Shown here one piece after another: positions 7,711-15,464 of a stretch of DNA of 35,892 nucleotides. Below the pieces are notes generated by a model. That model ran no database searches. It was given only the letters and a program-made list of their open reading frames with translations, and had not been told where the DNA came from. This DNA is from a virus (lineage: Duplodnaviria; Caudoviricetes): IMG/VR virus record IMGVR_UViG_3300049926_000027, positions 1 to 35,892 of that record, one strand, 5' to 3'. Each line of letters opens with the position of its first letter. The first letter of the stretch is position 1. A program made the translations under genes and the position numbers.

Positions 7711-8051
7711 GGCGCGGTGTCGGTCGGGGGCAAGGTCGGCGCGGGTCCGCCCGTCACAGTGACCCGCACGACGCCCTGCGACAACGGAGCCAGCCGGCCG
7801 AACACGCTCGGGGCCAGGTCGATGACCGTCGGCTCGCCGTGGCGCGGTCCGCAGGCGCAGAAGTCGGACACCACGGCCGTCGTGCAGGTGGTCGCGCAGA
7901 CCCGGACACGGACCGGCGTGTCGCCCCAGCGATACCACGGAGCTGCCGCGTAGTCGCCCGTCTTGTGGGGATCGCGATACCACGACGCCCAGCCGTGGGC
8001 AGGGCTGGTCACGAGCGAGATGCTGAGTAGCCAGGAGGCGAGGATGGTCAC
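7707..8051 (-). CDS. secreted RlpA-like double-psi beta-barrel protein
   Basis: Signal peptide, GWASWY, AAA, VSDFC, IDLAPSVFGRL..LSQGVVRV match DPBB/RlpA motifs. Confidence 0.75.
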   Translation of the reverse strand: MTILASWLLSISLVTSPAHGWASWYRDPHKTGDYAAAPWYRWGDTPVRVRVCATTCTTAVVSDFCACGPRHGEPTVIDLAPSVFGRLAPLSQGVVRVTVTGGPAPTLPPTDTAP

Positions 8052-8731
8052 GCCGTCTCCGGATGCCTATCCCGCCACGCTTGGGCGTGACGCTCACCGG
8101 CCACCCGTTGGCGGCGCTCCTCAAAGGTCTCAGGAATCTCGGTAGCTGCTCGTGGCACGGTCTGTCCGAGCGGGTCGGCGGGGGACGACCTCCACGGATG
8201 AGTCCGACCAGGACCGAGCTTCGTTCCCTTGGCTACGCCACGCGCTTTGCTCCGCGCCTCGCGCCACTCCTTGATGTCCGCCGGGAGCGTCCCGTAACGG
8301 TCAAGCAGCTTGATGCGCTGCGTCGCTCGGCTCTGGGCAAGACCGACCGCACGCTCCGCATCCGCCACGGAGATGGTCGGGTCCGCTCGGATGACCGCAA
8401 AGAGGGCTTCGTCCTCCGGGGAGGGCTGAACCGGCTCAATGGTTGACGGGCTATCCTCGTCTACTTTTGGATCCTCAACCTGAACGGAATGCTTGACCGG
8501 ACTTGACGCCACTGTGACCGGAGCGTCCGTAACTAGACGGCCGGTGGCCTCTATGTCGGTCTGTTTTACATCGATTAATGGAGCGGCGGCGCGGTCCGCA
8601 GCACGGAGAGTCCGCACGCGCGCCTTGACGACGTAGCCGAGTGCCGTCCAGAGCGTGTCTACTTGGTAGCCTTCCAAGAGCGCGAGGTCGCCATATGTGA
8701 TGACGAACAGGACATCGCCTCGCTCCGTCAT
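8048..8731 (-). CDS. hypothetical protein with possible HTH
   Basis: ISVADAERAVGLAQSRATQRI segment; coupled start and stop. Confidence 0.6.
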   Translation of the reverse strand: MTERGDVLFVITYGDLALLEGYQVDTLWTALGYVVKARVRTLRAADRAAAPLIDVKQTDIEATGRLVTDAPVTVASSPVKHSVQVEDPKVDEDSPSTIEPVQPSPEDEALFAVIRADPTISVADAERAVGLAQSRATQRIKLLDRYGTLPADIKEWREARSKARGVAKGTKLGPGRTHPWRSSPADPLGQTVPRAATEIPETFEERRQRVAGERHAQAWRDRHPETA

Positions 8732-8922
8732 CCCGTCACCAGCCACACGTCAGCGGGCGGAAGGCCGTCATCGCCTTCGGGTGGGTATGGCCGTGTCTGT
8801 CGTTCCGGCCAGAGAGCATCCACAGCCAGGAGGACGGCTGCGACGAGCCCTGCCACGGCGACGAGGATGAGACCGGTCACGAGCCAGGCGATGGCGTCGG
8901 GATGACGGCGCGCGCGGGTCAT
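8728..8922 (-). CDS. small TM protein
   Basis: Hydrophobic stretch AIAWLVTGLILVAVAGLVAAVLLAV. Confidence 0.6.
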   Translation of the reverse strand: MTRARRHPDAIAWLVTGLILVAVAGLVAAVLLAVDALWPERQTRPYPPEGDDGLPPADVWLVTG

Positions 8923-9110
8923 CGCGCCTGCTCCGGGTCACGCCGATCCTTGCCGCTACGACGGTCATGCGGAACGAAGTCGTGGTTCGGTTCAGCACGA
9001 GTCCATCGTCCGCGGTGAACGTCGTGGTCCGCTTTGGCTCCGCACGGCAACCCGCTATCGAAGACGAACGCGCACGGCGCAGCCCGAAGCAACTCGACAG
9101 GCGCGCTCAC
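8919..9110 (-). CDS. small Cys/His protein
   Basis: GTG start; C...CG..HxxH...H. Confidence 0.55.
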   Translation of the reverse strand: MSAPVELLRAAPCAFVFDSGLPCGAKADHDVHRGRWTRAEPNHDFVPHDRRSGKDRRDPEQAR

Positions 9111-9601
9111 GATCCCGCCTCCCCGTCCGGCTCCGGTGTCGGGGACTCGGCGGCGCGGATACTCACTCGTTCGTTCCACGTGAAAAACGCCACATGAAGG
9201 TAGCCCGTCTCCCCGCAGAGGCGGCACACATTGCGAAACTCGTGGTTAGCATCCGGGTGCGGTGCCACGTCCAGCCCAGAGGTCGCGTCTCGGATGGCGG
9301 AGAGCAGCTTCCCGACATCGGAGTGCCAGATGAGTCGGTCCGTAGTCGGTTCGTCCCCGTCAGCCCTGACTTCGGCTATCTCGTCACCTTCGAGCCGCCA
9401 CCGCTCGCGAATGTCCTCTAGGTCCGCCGCATCCACGGTGTCCGCTGTCGGTCGTGGGGCGAGGGCGGACATCAGCTTGCGATTGATAGCGACTTGCAAG
9501 ACGCGGTCCGCATTGAGACGACCCATGCCGAGGTCTTGGAACATGTCGCGCCATGCCTCGATGTCGTGGTCGCCGGTTGTCAGCGGGTCGGAGGCGGTCA
9601 T
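9107..9601 (-). CDS. hypothetical protein
   Basis: ATGA-coupled; C-terminal H..H...CxxC. Confidence 0.65.
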   Translation of the reverse strand: MTASDPLTTGDHDIEAWRDMFQDLGMGRLNADRVLQVAINRKLMSALAPRPTADTVDAADLEDIRERWRLEGDEIAEVRADGDEPTTDRLIWHSDVGKLLSAIRDATSGLDVAPHPDANHEFRNVCRLCGETGYLHVAFFTWNERVSIRAAESPTPEPDGEAGS

Positions 9602-9978
9602 GGCTTCGTCTCGGAGAGGGCGGCGACAAGACCGCGCGTCATGTTCGGGGCCCAGACAAGGCACATTCCGCCGAACCGATGCTTTACCCCGCCACAGACG
9701 ACTCGATGCAACTCAGCCTGCACGATCGGCACGTTCAGCAGCGCCGCCTCACGTCGCGCGGTCCCTGCGGCGGCTTCCTGCTCGATGGCGAGGGCTTCCA
9801 GCGCCGTCCTGATCGCATCGACGGCCGCTCGGACCGTCGAGACTTTCAGCCCGCCCGGACCGTCCCGCCCTTGGTAATACGAGTCCTCCAAGTGCTCTAG
9901 TGCGGCCAGCCCGTTCGCGGCCCATTCCTCGCGGGTCGGCGCCTCTGTCGTGGGTTCAGCGGCTACGTCGTCAGTCAT
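9598..9978 (-). CDS. hypothetical protein
   Basis: MTDDVAAEP...; SD GAGGTG. Confidence 0.6.
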   Translation of the reverse strand: MTDDVAAEPTTEAPTREEWAANGLAALEHLEDSYYQGRDGPGGLKVSTVRAAVDAIRTALEALAIEQEAAAGTARREAALLNVPIVQAELHRVVCGGVKHRFGGMCLVWAPNMTRGLVAALSETKP

Positions 9979-10591
9979 GGGGATCACCTCGTTCCAGCAA
10001 CGGCCATTCCTCGCCGCGGGCTTCGATCCGAGCTCGCTCACGTGCTCGACCAGCGCCCTTTCGGTAGCTCGGCTTGACCGGCGGAACGTCCGTCACGTGC
10101 GCCCATGTCCGGCCCACAGCGGCGTTGTAGATGACGGCTCGGTCAACCCCGAACACGCCTGCCAGGAGGGTCAGTGACTCAGCCGGGTATCGACGGCGGA
10201 TCGCCCGCACGGCATCGTCGGTCAGCTTCGAGAGGCTGTGCCTCGCGCCTCTTTGGACCGTTTCGGGATGGATGCGCGTGCCGTGGCGGTCGCCTCGGGC
10301 AACGCGCTCGGGATGCAGGATCGAGCCGTTGCGGCCGCGGACCCGCATGTCTCGCATGTTGTCTTGATGGGTTCCGGCGTAGAGGTGACTCGGCCGAACA
10401 CAAGGTGGGTTGTCGCAGCGATGAAGGACGAACAGACCGTCCGGGATCGGCTCGACGTAGAGCCTGTATGCCGTCCTATGGGCGTACAGCCCGTTGCCAT
10501 GTCGCCCATAGCCGTTCGTGGAGAGCGCGCCCGTCCAGACCCAACACCCATCGCTGACCGCGACGTGGCTCATAAACTCAGCGGGATCCAT
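9971..10591 (-). CDS. HNH_3 homing endonuclease with C-terminal HTH
   Basis: CWVWTG..NGYG..AHR..VLHRCDNPPCVRPSHL..GT..DN; SKLT..V..IR..LA..FGV. Confidence 0.92.
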   Translation of the reverse strand: MDPAEFMSHVAVSDGCWVWTGALSTNGYGRHGNGLYAHRTAYRLYVEPIPDGLFVLHRCDNPPCVRPSHLYAGTHQDNMRDMRVRGRNGSILHPERVARGDRHGTRIHPETVQRGARHSLSKLTDDAVRAIRRRYPAESLTLLAGVFGVDRAVIYNAAVGRTWAHVTDVPPVKPSYRKGAGRARERARIEARGEEWPLLERGDPHD

Positions 10592-10778
10592 CGGTGGTCC
10601 CCTTCTCGATAAGCGGCCACTCGTCGCCCCGCTCCACGACGCGAGCCTTGCAAGCGTCGGAGTCGACGCAGCGGTCCACGTTCCCGAAGGGCAGCACGAC
10701 CGACTTCCAGGCGACGAGGGCGGGGCGGACTCGGGTGTGTTCACCGCACAGCTCGCAGGTGCCGATGACGATTGTCAC
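10578..10778 (-). CDS. small zinc-binding protein (66 aa)
   Basis: GTCELCG...RCVDSDAC; GTGA-coupled. Confidence 0.65.
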   Translation of the reverse strand: MTIVIGTCELCGEHTRVRPALVAWKSVVLPFGNVDRCVDSDACKARVVERGDEWPLIEKGTTDGSR

Positions 10779-11032
10779 GCGGAACGCCCACATCGAGGAC
10801 ACGGCTCGGCGGCCCGAATAGCGATCAGGGTTCCGGCGGCCCCATAGACAGCGTCCAGTCGCGCGACAAGGTCATCGCTCGCTCTCTGGCGGCCATGCTC
10901 CAAGTGCGACAGGTAGGTGAAAGCGACGCCGACTTCACCGGCGACATCTCGCAGGGTTCGGTCCGCTCTGACACGCGCCTCCCGGAGGGCAGCGGGCAAG
11001 CCCGGAGGCAGGTCGCGGACTCGGGTCGTCAC
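10775..11032 (-). CDS. XRE-family HTH protein
   Basis: LREARVRADRTLRDVAGEVGVAFTYLSHLEHG. Confidence 0.85.
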   Translation of the reverse strand: MTTRVRDLPPGLPAALREARVRADRTLRDVAGEVGVAFTYLSHLEHGRQRASDDLVARLDAVYGAAGTLIAIRAAEPCPRCGRSA

Positions 11033-11634
11033 GACGCTAGGTCCTTCCGCTGACGCTGGTAGTCGATCTCGGACAGACGGCCCGCCCGGAACTCCTCGCT
11101 CAGATGCTCAAGCGCGCGTCGTCGTTCTTCGTCCTTTCGCTCTTGAGCCGTGAGCTTCGCGCGCCCGCTTGGAGGAACGGACGGACGGACGGTAGGAACG
11201 GAAGGAGCGGACGGTGGCCGCGGTACATCGCGCAGACCGCGCGGTGACCGCGCGGTTACATCGGAGTCTCCGCGCGGTTCGGAACGCCGATTCTCGTTCG
11301 CCCGACGCCATCGTTCTCGGGACTGCTCCCGGCGCTCGTACGCGGGCGTCCACCACCCGTCCCATGCACGCCGGGGCGGAAGGCCATTACGGTCGATCAA
11401 TCGCACCTGAATCATCGACGTGACGACATCAGCATCGAACGGGATCAGTGTCGGCCACGCTTCGGTGACGCTGACCCGGCGACCGGCCTTCCACGATTCG
11501 CCCAACATGGCGACGTAGGCCAGGAATGCAGCGGGCACGTGCTCCGGGTGCTCCCGGTGCAACAGTCGGAACTTCGGATCGTGGACGATGCTGGTGGATA
11601 CGTCCATGACCGGGAATCCATCGTCTCGGCTCAT
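11029..11634 (-). CDS. probable replication initiator
   Basis: N-terminal F..D..I.HDPKF motif, charged helix, Pro/Ser/Arg linker encoded by internal repeats. Confidence 0.65.
   Translation of the reverse strand: MSRDDGFPVMDVSTSIVHDPKFRLLHREHPEHVPAAFLAYVAMLGESWKAGRRVSVTEAWPTLIPFDADVVTSMIQVRLIDRNGLPPRRAWDGWWTPAYERREQSRERWRRANENRRSEPRGDSDVTARSPRGLRDVPRPPSAPSVPTVRPSVPPSGRAKLTAQERKDEERRRALEHLSEEFRAGRLSEIDYQRQRKDLAS
11172..11280. repeat. probable origin iterons inside the initiator gene
   Basis: CCGCGCGGT at 11237, 11248 and 11270; TACATCG twice; strand-biased GGAC/GGAA run at 11172-11214. Confidence 0.55.
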
Positions 11635-11750
11635 CGAGCTACTACCTCGTGAGATGCAACGACGCTCGCACCTCGGGTAGTAGCCGAGACACGAGCGTCG
11701 TTCGGAATGCTATTCGATTGGACGCTACTACCGTCTCGTTCATTATCGCA
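11623..11750 (-). promoter_or_regulatory. structured bistable RNA leader over the rep RBS, with candidate extended -10 promoter
   Basis: Perfect 9-bp and 11-bp complementary segments in interleaved order; TGcGATAAT at 11750-11742. Confidence 0.65.
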
Positions 11751-11786
11751 GGTCGCGCGCGCGCGCGCGAGGCTGACGGGCGTCAT
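11631..11786 (-). CDS. putative leader ORF (51 aa) spanning the RNA structure
   Basis: ATGA overlaps at both ends; low-complexity product. Confidence 0.4.
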   Translation of the reverse strand: MTPVSLARARATCDNERDGSSVQSNSIPNDARVSATTRGASVVASHEVVAR

Positions 11787-12181
11787 GCCGCGATCCTTGG
11801 CCGGCCGATACCGTCGCGGACGGGCCGGTCGAGATTGGCGGCGTAGCGGGATCGCGTCCGCTCCAGACACACGAGCCGGTTGCGTTCGTAGTACCGCTTC
11901 TGTGCCTCGCGCTGGCGGGCGCGGAGCTTGTCACCGAGGACGGGGTCGCGACGCAGCGCGGCCTTTCGCTCCCGGTCTCGTCTCCGTTTGGTCGCCGTGT
12001 CCACAGTCGAGCCGTGAGTCGTCGGCCGGGTCGGAATGGGCCGTCCGTTCTCTCGATCGGCCCGACAGGCGCGGCACGTCACGTACCGGCCACCTTCGTA
12101 GAACTCGGTCACATCCGGCCACCACTCGCAGCACACCCGACAGCGCCGCACGGGTCCGAGGATCGCGTCTGTCCGGGTCAT
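11783..12181 (-). CDS. zinc-finger, Arg-rich protein
   Basis: CRVC..W....EFY....CRAC followed by basic helices. Confidence 0.7.
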   Translation of the reverse strand: MTRTDAILGPVRRCRVCCEWWPDVTEFYEGGRYVTCRACRADRENGRPIPTRPTTHGSTVDTATKRRRDRERKAALRRDPVLGDKLRARQREAQKRYYERNRLVCLERTRSRYAANLDRPVRDGIGRPRIAA

Positions 12182-12540
12182 CCGAACGCGACCATCTGCA
12201 CGGCTTCCGGGATCAGGACGTACTTCGCGAAATGCTTGCCCGATGGGGTGGAGACCGTCTCGGTGTCTATCGGATAGCCCGCGTCTCGGAGTTCCCAGAT
12301 GCGTGCGCCGAGCCGGTAGCAGCCGAGCTCGTTCAGTGCTTGCATCGGCGTGATGGAGCCGTGTCGCTGGAGGTAGGTGAGCACGTCGCGGGTGGCCGGC
12401 TTCATGCCGCTCGCCATCCGACCGTATCCTTGGTGGTTACGTGAGCCGGTCCACACCCAGCATTCGCCGGTCTTGTCGACCTTGGCCCAGAACCGTTCCG
12501 CCAGAGCCTTAGGATGACGCGGGTAGACGCCTATCGGCAT
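12178..12540 (-). CDS. winged-HTH protein fused to an N-terminal HNH-endonuclease fragment
   Basis: ERFWAKVDKTGECWVWTGSRNHQGYG followed by VLTYLQRHGSITPMQAL..GCYRLGARIWELRDAGY.I. Confidence 0.8.
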   Translation of the reverse strand: MPIGVYPRHPKALAERFWAKVDKTGECWVWTGSRNHQGYGRMASGMKPATRDVLTYLQRHGSITPMQALNELGCYRLGARIWELRDAGYPIDTETVSTPSGKHFAKYVLIPEAVQMVAFG

Positions 12541-12826
12541 CGTTGACCTCCCGGAGATAGTCCCGCATGGCTTGACGGTTCGTCTTGTGAGTCGCCCACA
12601 CGTACCCGCCCCTCATGCCTTCCTCGGTATGTCCGGAGCAGAGGGTCACGAGATGGGCAGGATCGGACTTCGCCCGCCGACCCATCCGACCGCCGCCGTC
12701 CTGGACGTGCTCCAGCCTGTTACGGCCAGAGCAATCCATGAACGACCCACCGAGCCGGGGCGCGACGCAACCGCCGTCCCTGTTGAGGACGAACACGGCG
12801 ACGGCGGTGGTCACCTTGTCGCGCAT
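12509..12826 (-). CDS. HNH-like protein
   Basis: RDGGCV...C.G...EHV...HLVTLCSGH. Confidence 0.65.
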   Translation of the reverse strand: MRDKVTTAVAVFVLNRDGGCVAPRLGGSFMDCSGRNRLEHVQDGGGRMGRRAKSDPAHLVTLCSGHTEEGMRGGYVWATHKTNRQAMRDYLREVNDADRRLPASS

Positions 12827-13986
12827 CAGAAGTCGAGGTCCGAGAGGTCGTCGTCCTTAGGCCACAGGGCCTCGGCCGCTGCCTCATCAGCGGGCAGGAT
12901 CCAGTCCGGTGTGACGAGCCGGGTCAGGGTCAGCCGCTGGAACCCCACGTCGTGCTTCTTGGCCCCGGACCCGACCGTCATGGTTTCGTTGCTCACCGCG
13001 CCGAAACACTGGACGCGCTGGCCGATGATGTCGGGGATGAGCGGGGCGAGAACATCGGCCAGCGCATTCCACGCGACCACCTGCACGCGCTGACGGCCCT
13101 CGCCGATGACGAACCCCACCGCCGGACCCTCAGCGCCTTCCCGATACTCACCGTCGACCGGGGCCATCGAACCGAGCGAGGCGATCCCGAACAGCCCCCC
13201 ATCGAACCGCTCGATAGCCGGTGGGGCGGGCGGAGCCTCGTCACGGGGCTGGTCTTCCACGTCCTGCGTGAACAGGCCCGACGCCGCGGTGGCCCGGAGA
13301 GTCGCGTCTACGAACGCGCGTTTCTCCGCCATCTTGAGCAGCGTCGTGTCGAGGTCCCAGGGGTCGGGGTTCTCCACGTCCCCGACCGCCTGAGCCTCGA
13401 TCTCGGCCGTGCCGTCCGGCCACTTGGCGTCACACCCGTCCTTCTTCTTCCAGCAGACCCAGCCGCCGCCGTACTCGGCCTTGCCCTTGATGATGGTCCC
13501 GACCTTCCCGCAGGCCGGACAGGTCCGCTCACCACGGCGGTAGCGATGCTTGCGCTCCCATGAGTTGGCCGAGCCGTATCCGACCGCGACCACCAGCCCC
13601 GACAGCGAGCCGAGGTACAGGTCGCAGCGGGTCTGATAGGACAGGGCGGGCGCGGCGATGCCGTCGCCTACGATGCGCTCGGGCATGAAGTCGGCCGCGA
13701 GTCCGTACGCTTGGCACAGTTTCTCGGCGCCCGGCTTGAGCAGCGTCGGCTTGGGGGTTCCCGGGATCGTCCCGTAGTCCACGTCGAGGACCATGAGCGC
13801 CTTCTGCATCCGGGCGACCCGAGTCCGCATCGTGTCGAGGGCGGTCAGTCGTCGCTCGAACTCCTCATCCGAGAGACCCGCGAGGGCGAGCGGCCCGGTG
13901 GCCGTCATCCCGGGATCGGGAACGACCGCGAGCGCACGCTGCGGTTCGACTTCGACCGCCTCGCCTTCGATGATCTCGGTCGTCAT
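12826..13986 (-). CDS. single-strand annealing protein-like with C-terminal SSB-like domain
   Basis: DYGTIPG..KPTLLKPGAEKL...KMAEKRAFVDA...FTQD; C-terminal VQVVAWNALA...GQRV and acidic tail DDDLSDLDF; ATG 13986 in ATGA overlap. Confidence 0.65.
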   Translation of the reverse strand: MTTEIIEGEAVEVEPQRALAVVPDPGMTATGPLALAGLSDEEFERRLTALDTMRTRVARMQKALMVLDVDYGTIPGTPKPTLLKPGAEKLCQAYGLAADFMPERIVGDGIAAPALSYQTRCDLYLGSLSGLVVAVGYGSANSWERKHRYRRGERTCPACGKVGTIIKGKAEYGGGWVCWKKKDGCDAKWPDGTAEIEAQAVGDVENPDPWDLDTTLLKMAEKRAFVDATLRATAASGLFTQDVEDQPRDEAPPAPPAIERFDGGLFGIASLGSMAPVDGEYREGAEGPAVGFVIGEGRQRVQVVAWNALADVLAPLIPDIIGQRVQCFGAVSNETMTVGSGAKKHDVGFQRLTLTRLVTPDWILPADEAAAEALWPKDDDLSDLDF

Positions 13987-14159
13987 TTCGTCACCACCAA
14001 CGTCTTGCACGAGAGGTTCCGGCAGATGAGGTACGGGCCGACGGGGTAGGCAACGTGAGTGCACGGCGGGTCCGGCCTCACTTGCAGCCGTGCCACGCGG
14101 CCCATGAGTCGGACCACATCCATCGTCGTGAACATGGGCACCAACCCGGAGCGCGGCAT
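13983..14159 (-). CDS. hypothetical protein (58 aa)
   Basis: MPRSGLVPMF...CTH...C....C; overlaps both neighbours. Confidence 0.5.
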   Translation of the reverse strand: MPRSGLVPMFTTMDVVRLMGRVARLQVRPDPPCTHVAYPVGPYLICRNLSCKTLVVTK

Positions 14160-14587
14160 CACGACGCCACCGCCTGAGTGCTCAGCCAGTCCAGCGCGAA
14201 CCGGACAGCGGCGATGCCGTCCCGGCCCCGGCGGTCCTCACGCATGAGCAGGTCGCCGCCGCGGTTCACCCAGACGATGACCGCGGAACGATTCGCCTTG
14301 ACCGACACGCCGATCGTGTAGCCGACGGGGATCTCGTCCTCGAGAGTCGCGATCTCAGCGGGTCCGAACAGCCCCCGCGCCCACGGGGACGACAGGCCGA
14401 GGATGCCGTGAGGCGCGGCAGTGCGCTCGGGCATCGTCTCAGGGTAGCGTCGGAGCAGTCCGCCCCGGTGTCGAGGGCAGCCCGCGTGCTCGGTGCCGGT
14501 GTGGTCGGTCCAGGTGGACAGCCCGACGGTCTGTGAACAGCGGCGCATCTCGCCTTGGTGCCAGAACCGGCCTTCGCAACTGGTCAT
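14159..14587 (-). CDS. hypothetical protein
   Basis: SD AGGAG; Cys/His-rich N-terminus. Confidence 0.7.
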   Translation of the reverse strand: MTSCEGRFWHQGEMRRCSQTVGLSTWTDHTGTEHAGCPRHRGGLLRRYPETMPERTAAPHGILGLSSPWARGLFGPAEIATLEDEIPVGYTIGVSVKANRSAVIVWVNRGGDLLMREDRRGRDGIAAVRFALDWLSTQAVAS

Positions 14588-14593
14588 CTGTGT

Positions 14594-14648
14594 CTCCTAG
14601 TGCCTAGTGCCTAGACCGGGGCGACGGCTAGGCATCCGCCGCCCCGGT
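14594..14648 (-). promoter_or_regulatory. H-type pseudoknot candidate adjacent to RBS
   Basis: 13-bp stem whose loop UGCCUAG is complementary to downstream CUAGGCA repeats. Confidence 0.6.
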
Positions 14649-14660
14649 ATTTGGTCTGGG

Positions 14661-15002
14661 CTAAAACAGCCCGAGGGTGTCGGAGTGGACGCCCGCCGCC
14701 GGGGGGACAGCGGCGGGCATCACGAGGGGAGGTGGGGTGCCACTCGCTGCGTCTTCCGAGCCGACGAACGGCGCCCCGCGAAGAGTCCCGGCCGAAGCCA
14801 CCGGCACATCAGTCCGGCTGGTGGCGTCCCTCTCGGCAGGGGACACCGACTGTCGGGGCTCTTCGCGCGGAGTCGCGGCGGCGTACGCACCAGCGGCGCG
14901 CGGCGTCTCATGGATGGGTCCGATGTAGTGGCGGTCGATGCCGGTCTCGGTGGCGTAGACCCGGTAGCCGGTACCGACGTGCGCGACCATGTACTGGGTC
15001 AT
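14661..15002 (-). CDS. hypothetical protein
   Basis: ATGA-coupled; low-complexity C-terminal half. Confidence 0.55.
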   Translation of the reverse strand: MTQYMVAHVGTGYRVYATETGIDRHYIGPIHETPRAAGAYAAATPREEPRQSVSPAERDATSRTDVPVASAGTLRGAPFVGSEDAASGTPPPLVMPAAVPPAAGVHSDTLGLF

Positions 15003-15103
15003 CGGATGCTCGCGATCAGTGCGACGACCACGATCCCGGCGAACGCAAGGGCTGCCTGCACCCGCTCACGGCGTCGGCGGTGGGCCCAGCCGGAGGGGTT
15101 CAT
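14999..15103 (-). CDS. 34-aa TM peptide
   Basis: MNPSGWAHRRRRERVQAALAFAGIVVVALIASIR; ATGA at both ends. Confidence 0.55.
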   Translation of the reverse strand: MNPSGWAHRRRRERVQAALAFAGIVVVALIASIR

Positions 15104-15369
15104 GCGTCCGGGCCTTCGAGATAGAAGATGGCCGGGGCGTTCCAGCCAACGTCGTGACCGGCGTCGAACGCTTCAACGAAGGCGCGCGCGCCAGCGCTCA
15201 GCGGATAGCCGCAGATTTGATCGGTGGGATACCACCGAGAGTCCCAGACCTCAGCGTGCGGAAGTCCACGGCGATGCAGGGCAAGGGCTAGAGGGCAGGC
15301 CGCGACCTCGCCGCGCCGGCCTTCCGCGATGTCCTCGGCCGTCACCACGACCCGGATGCGCCGCGTCAT
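15100..15369 (-). CDS. hypothetical protein
   Basis: I.V.VTAEDI..G....CPLALAL...FD pattern; coupled. Confidence 0.7.
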   Translation of the reverse strand: MTRRIRVVVTAEDIAEGRRGEVAACPLALALHRRGLPHAEVWDSRWYPTDQICGYPLSAGARAFVEAFDAGHDVGWNAPAIFYLEGPDA

Positions 15370-15464
15370 CGCTCAGGACCGGCGATGAACTCCCAGACGG
15401 CGGTGATGCCGAGGGCGAGCAGGACGAAGCCGAGGCACAGCAGGGCGAGCAGGGTGGGGGTCAC
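15366..15464 (-). CDS. 32-aa TM peptide
   Basis: MTPTLLALLCLGFVLLALGITAVWEF; GTGA-coupled; SD GAGG. Confidence 0.55.
   Translation of the reverse strand: MTPTLLALLCLGFVLLALGITAVWEFIAGPER

Noticed and set aside
8430-8600. AT-richer patches inside ORF 8048-8731 and int (about 6140-6310)
   Set aside because: Frames stay open and no convincing promoter or repeat was found; probably mosaic recombination patches.
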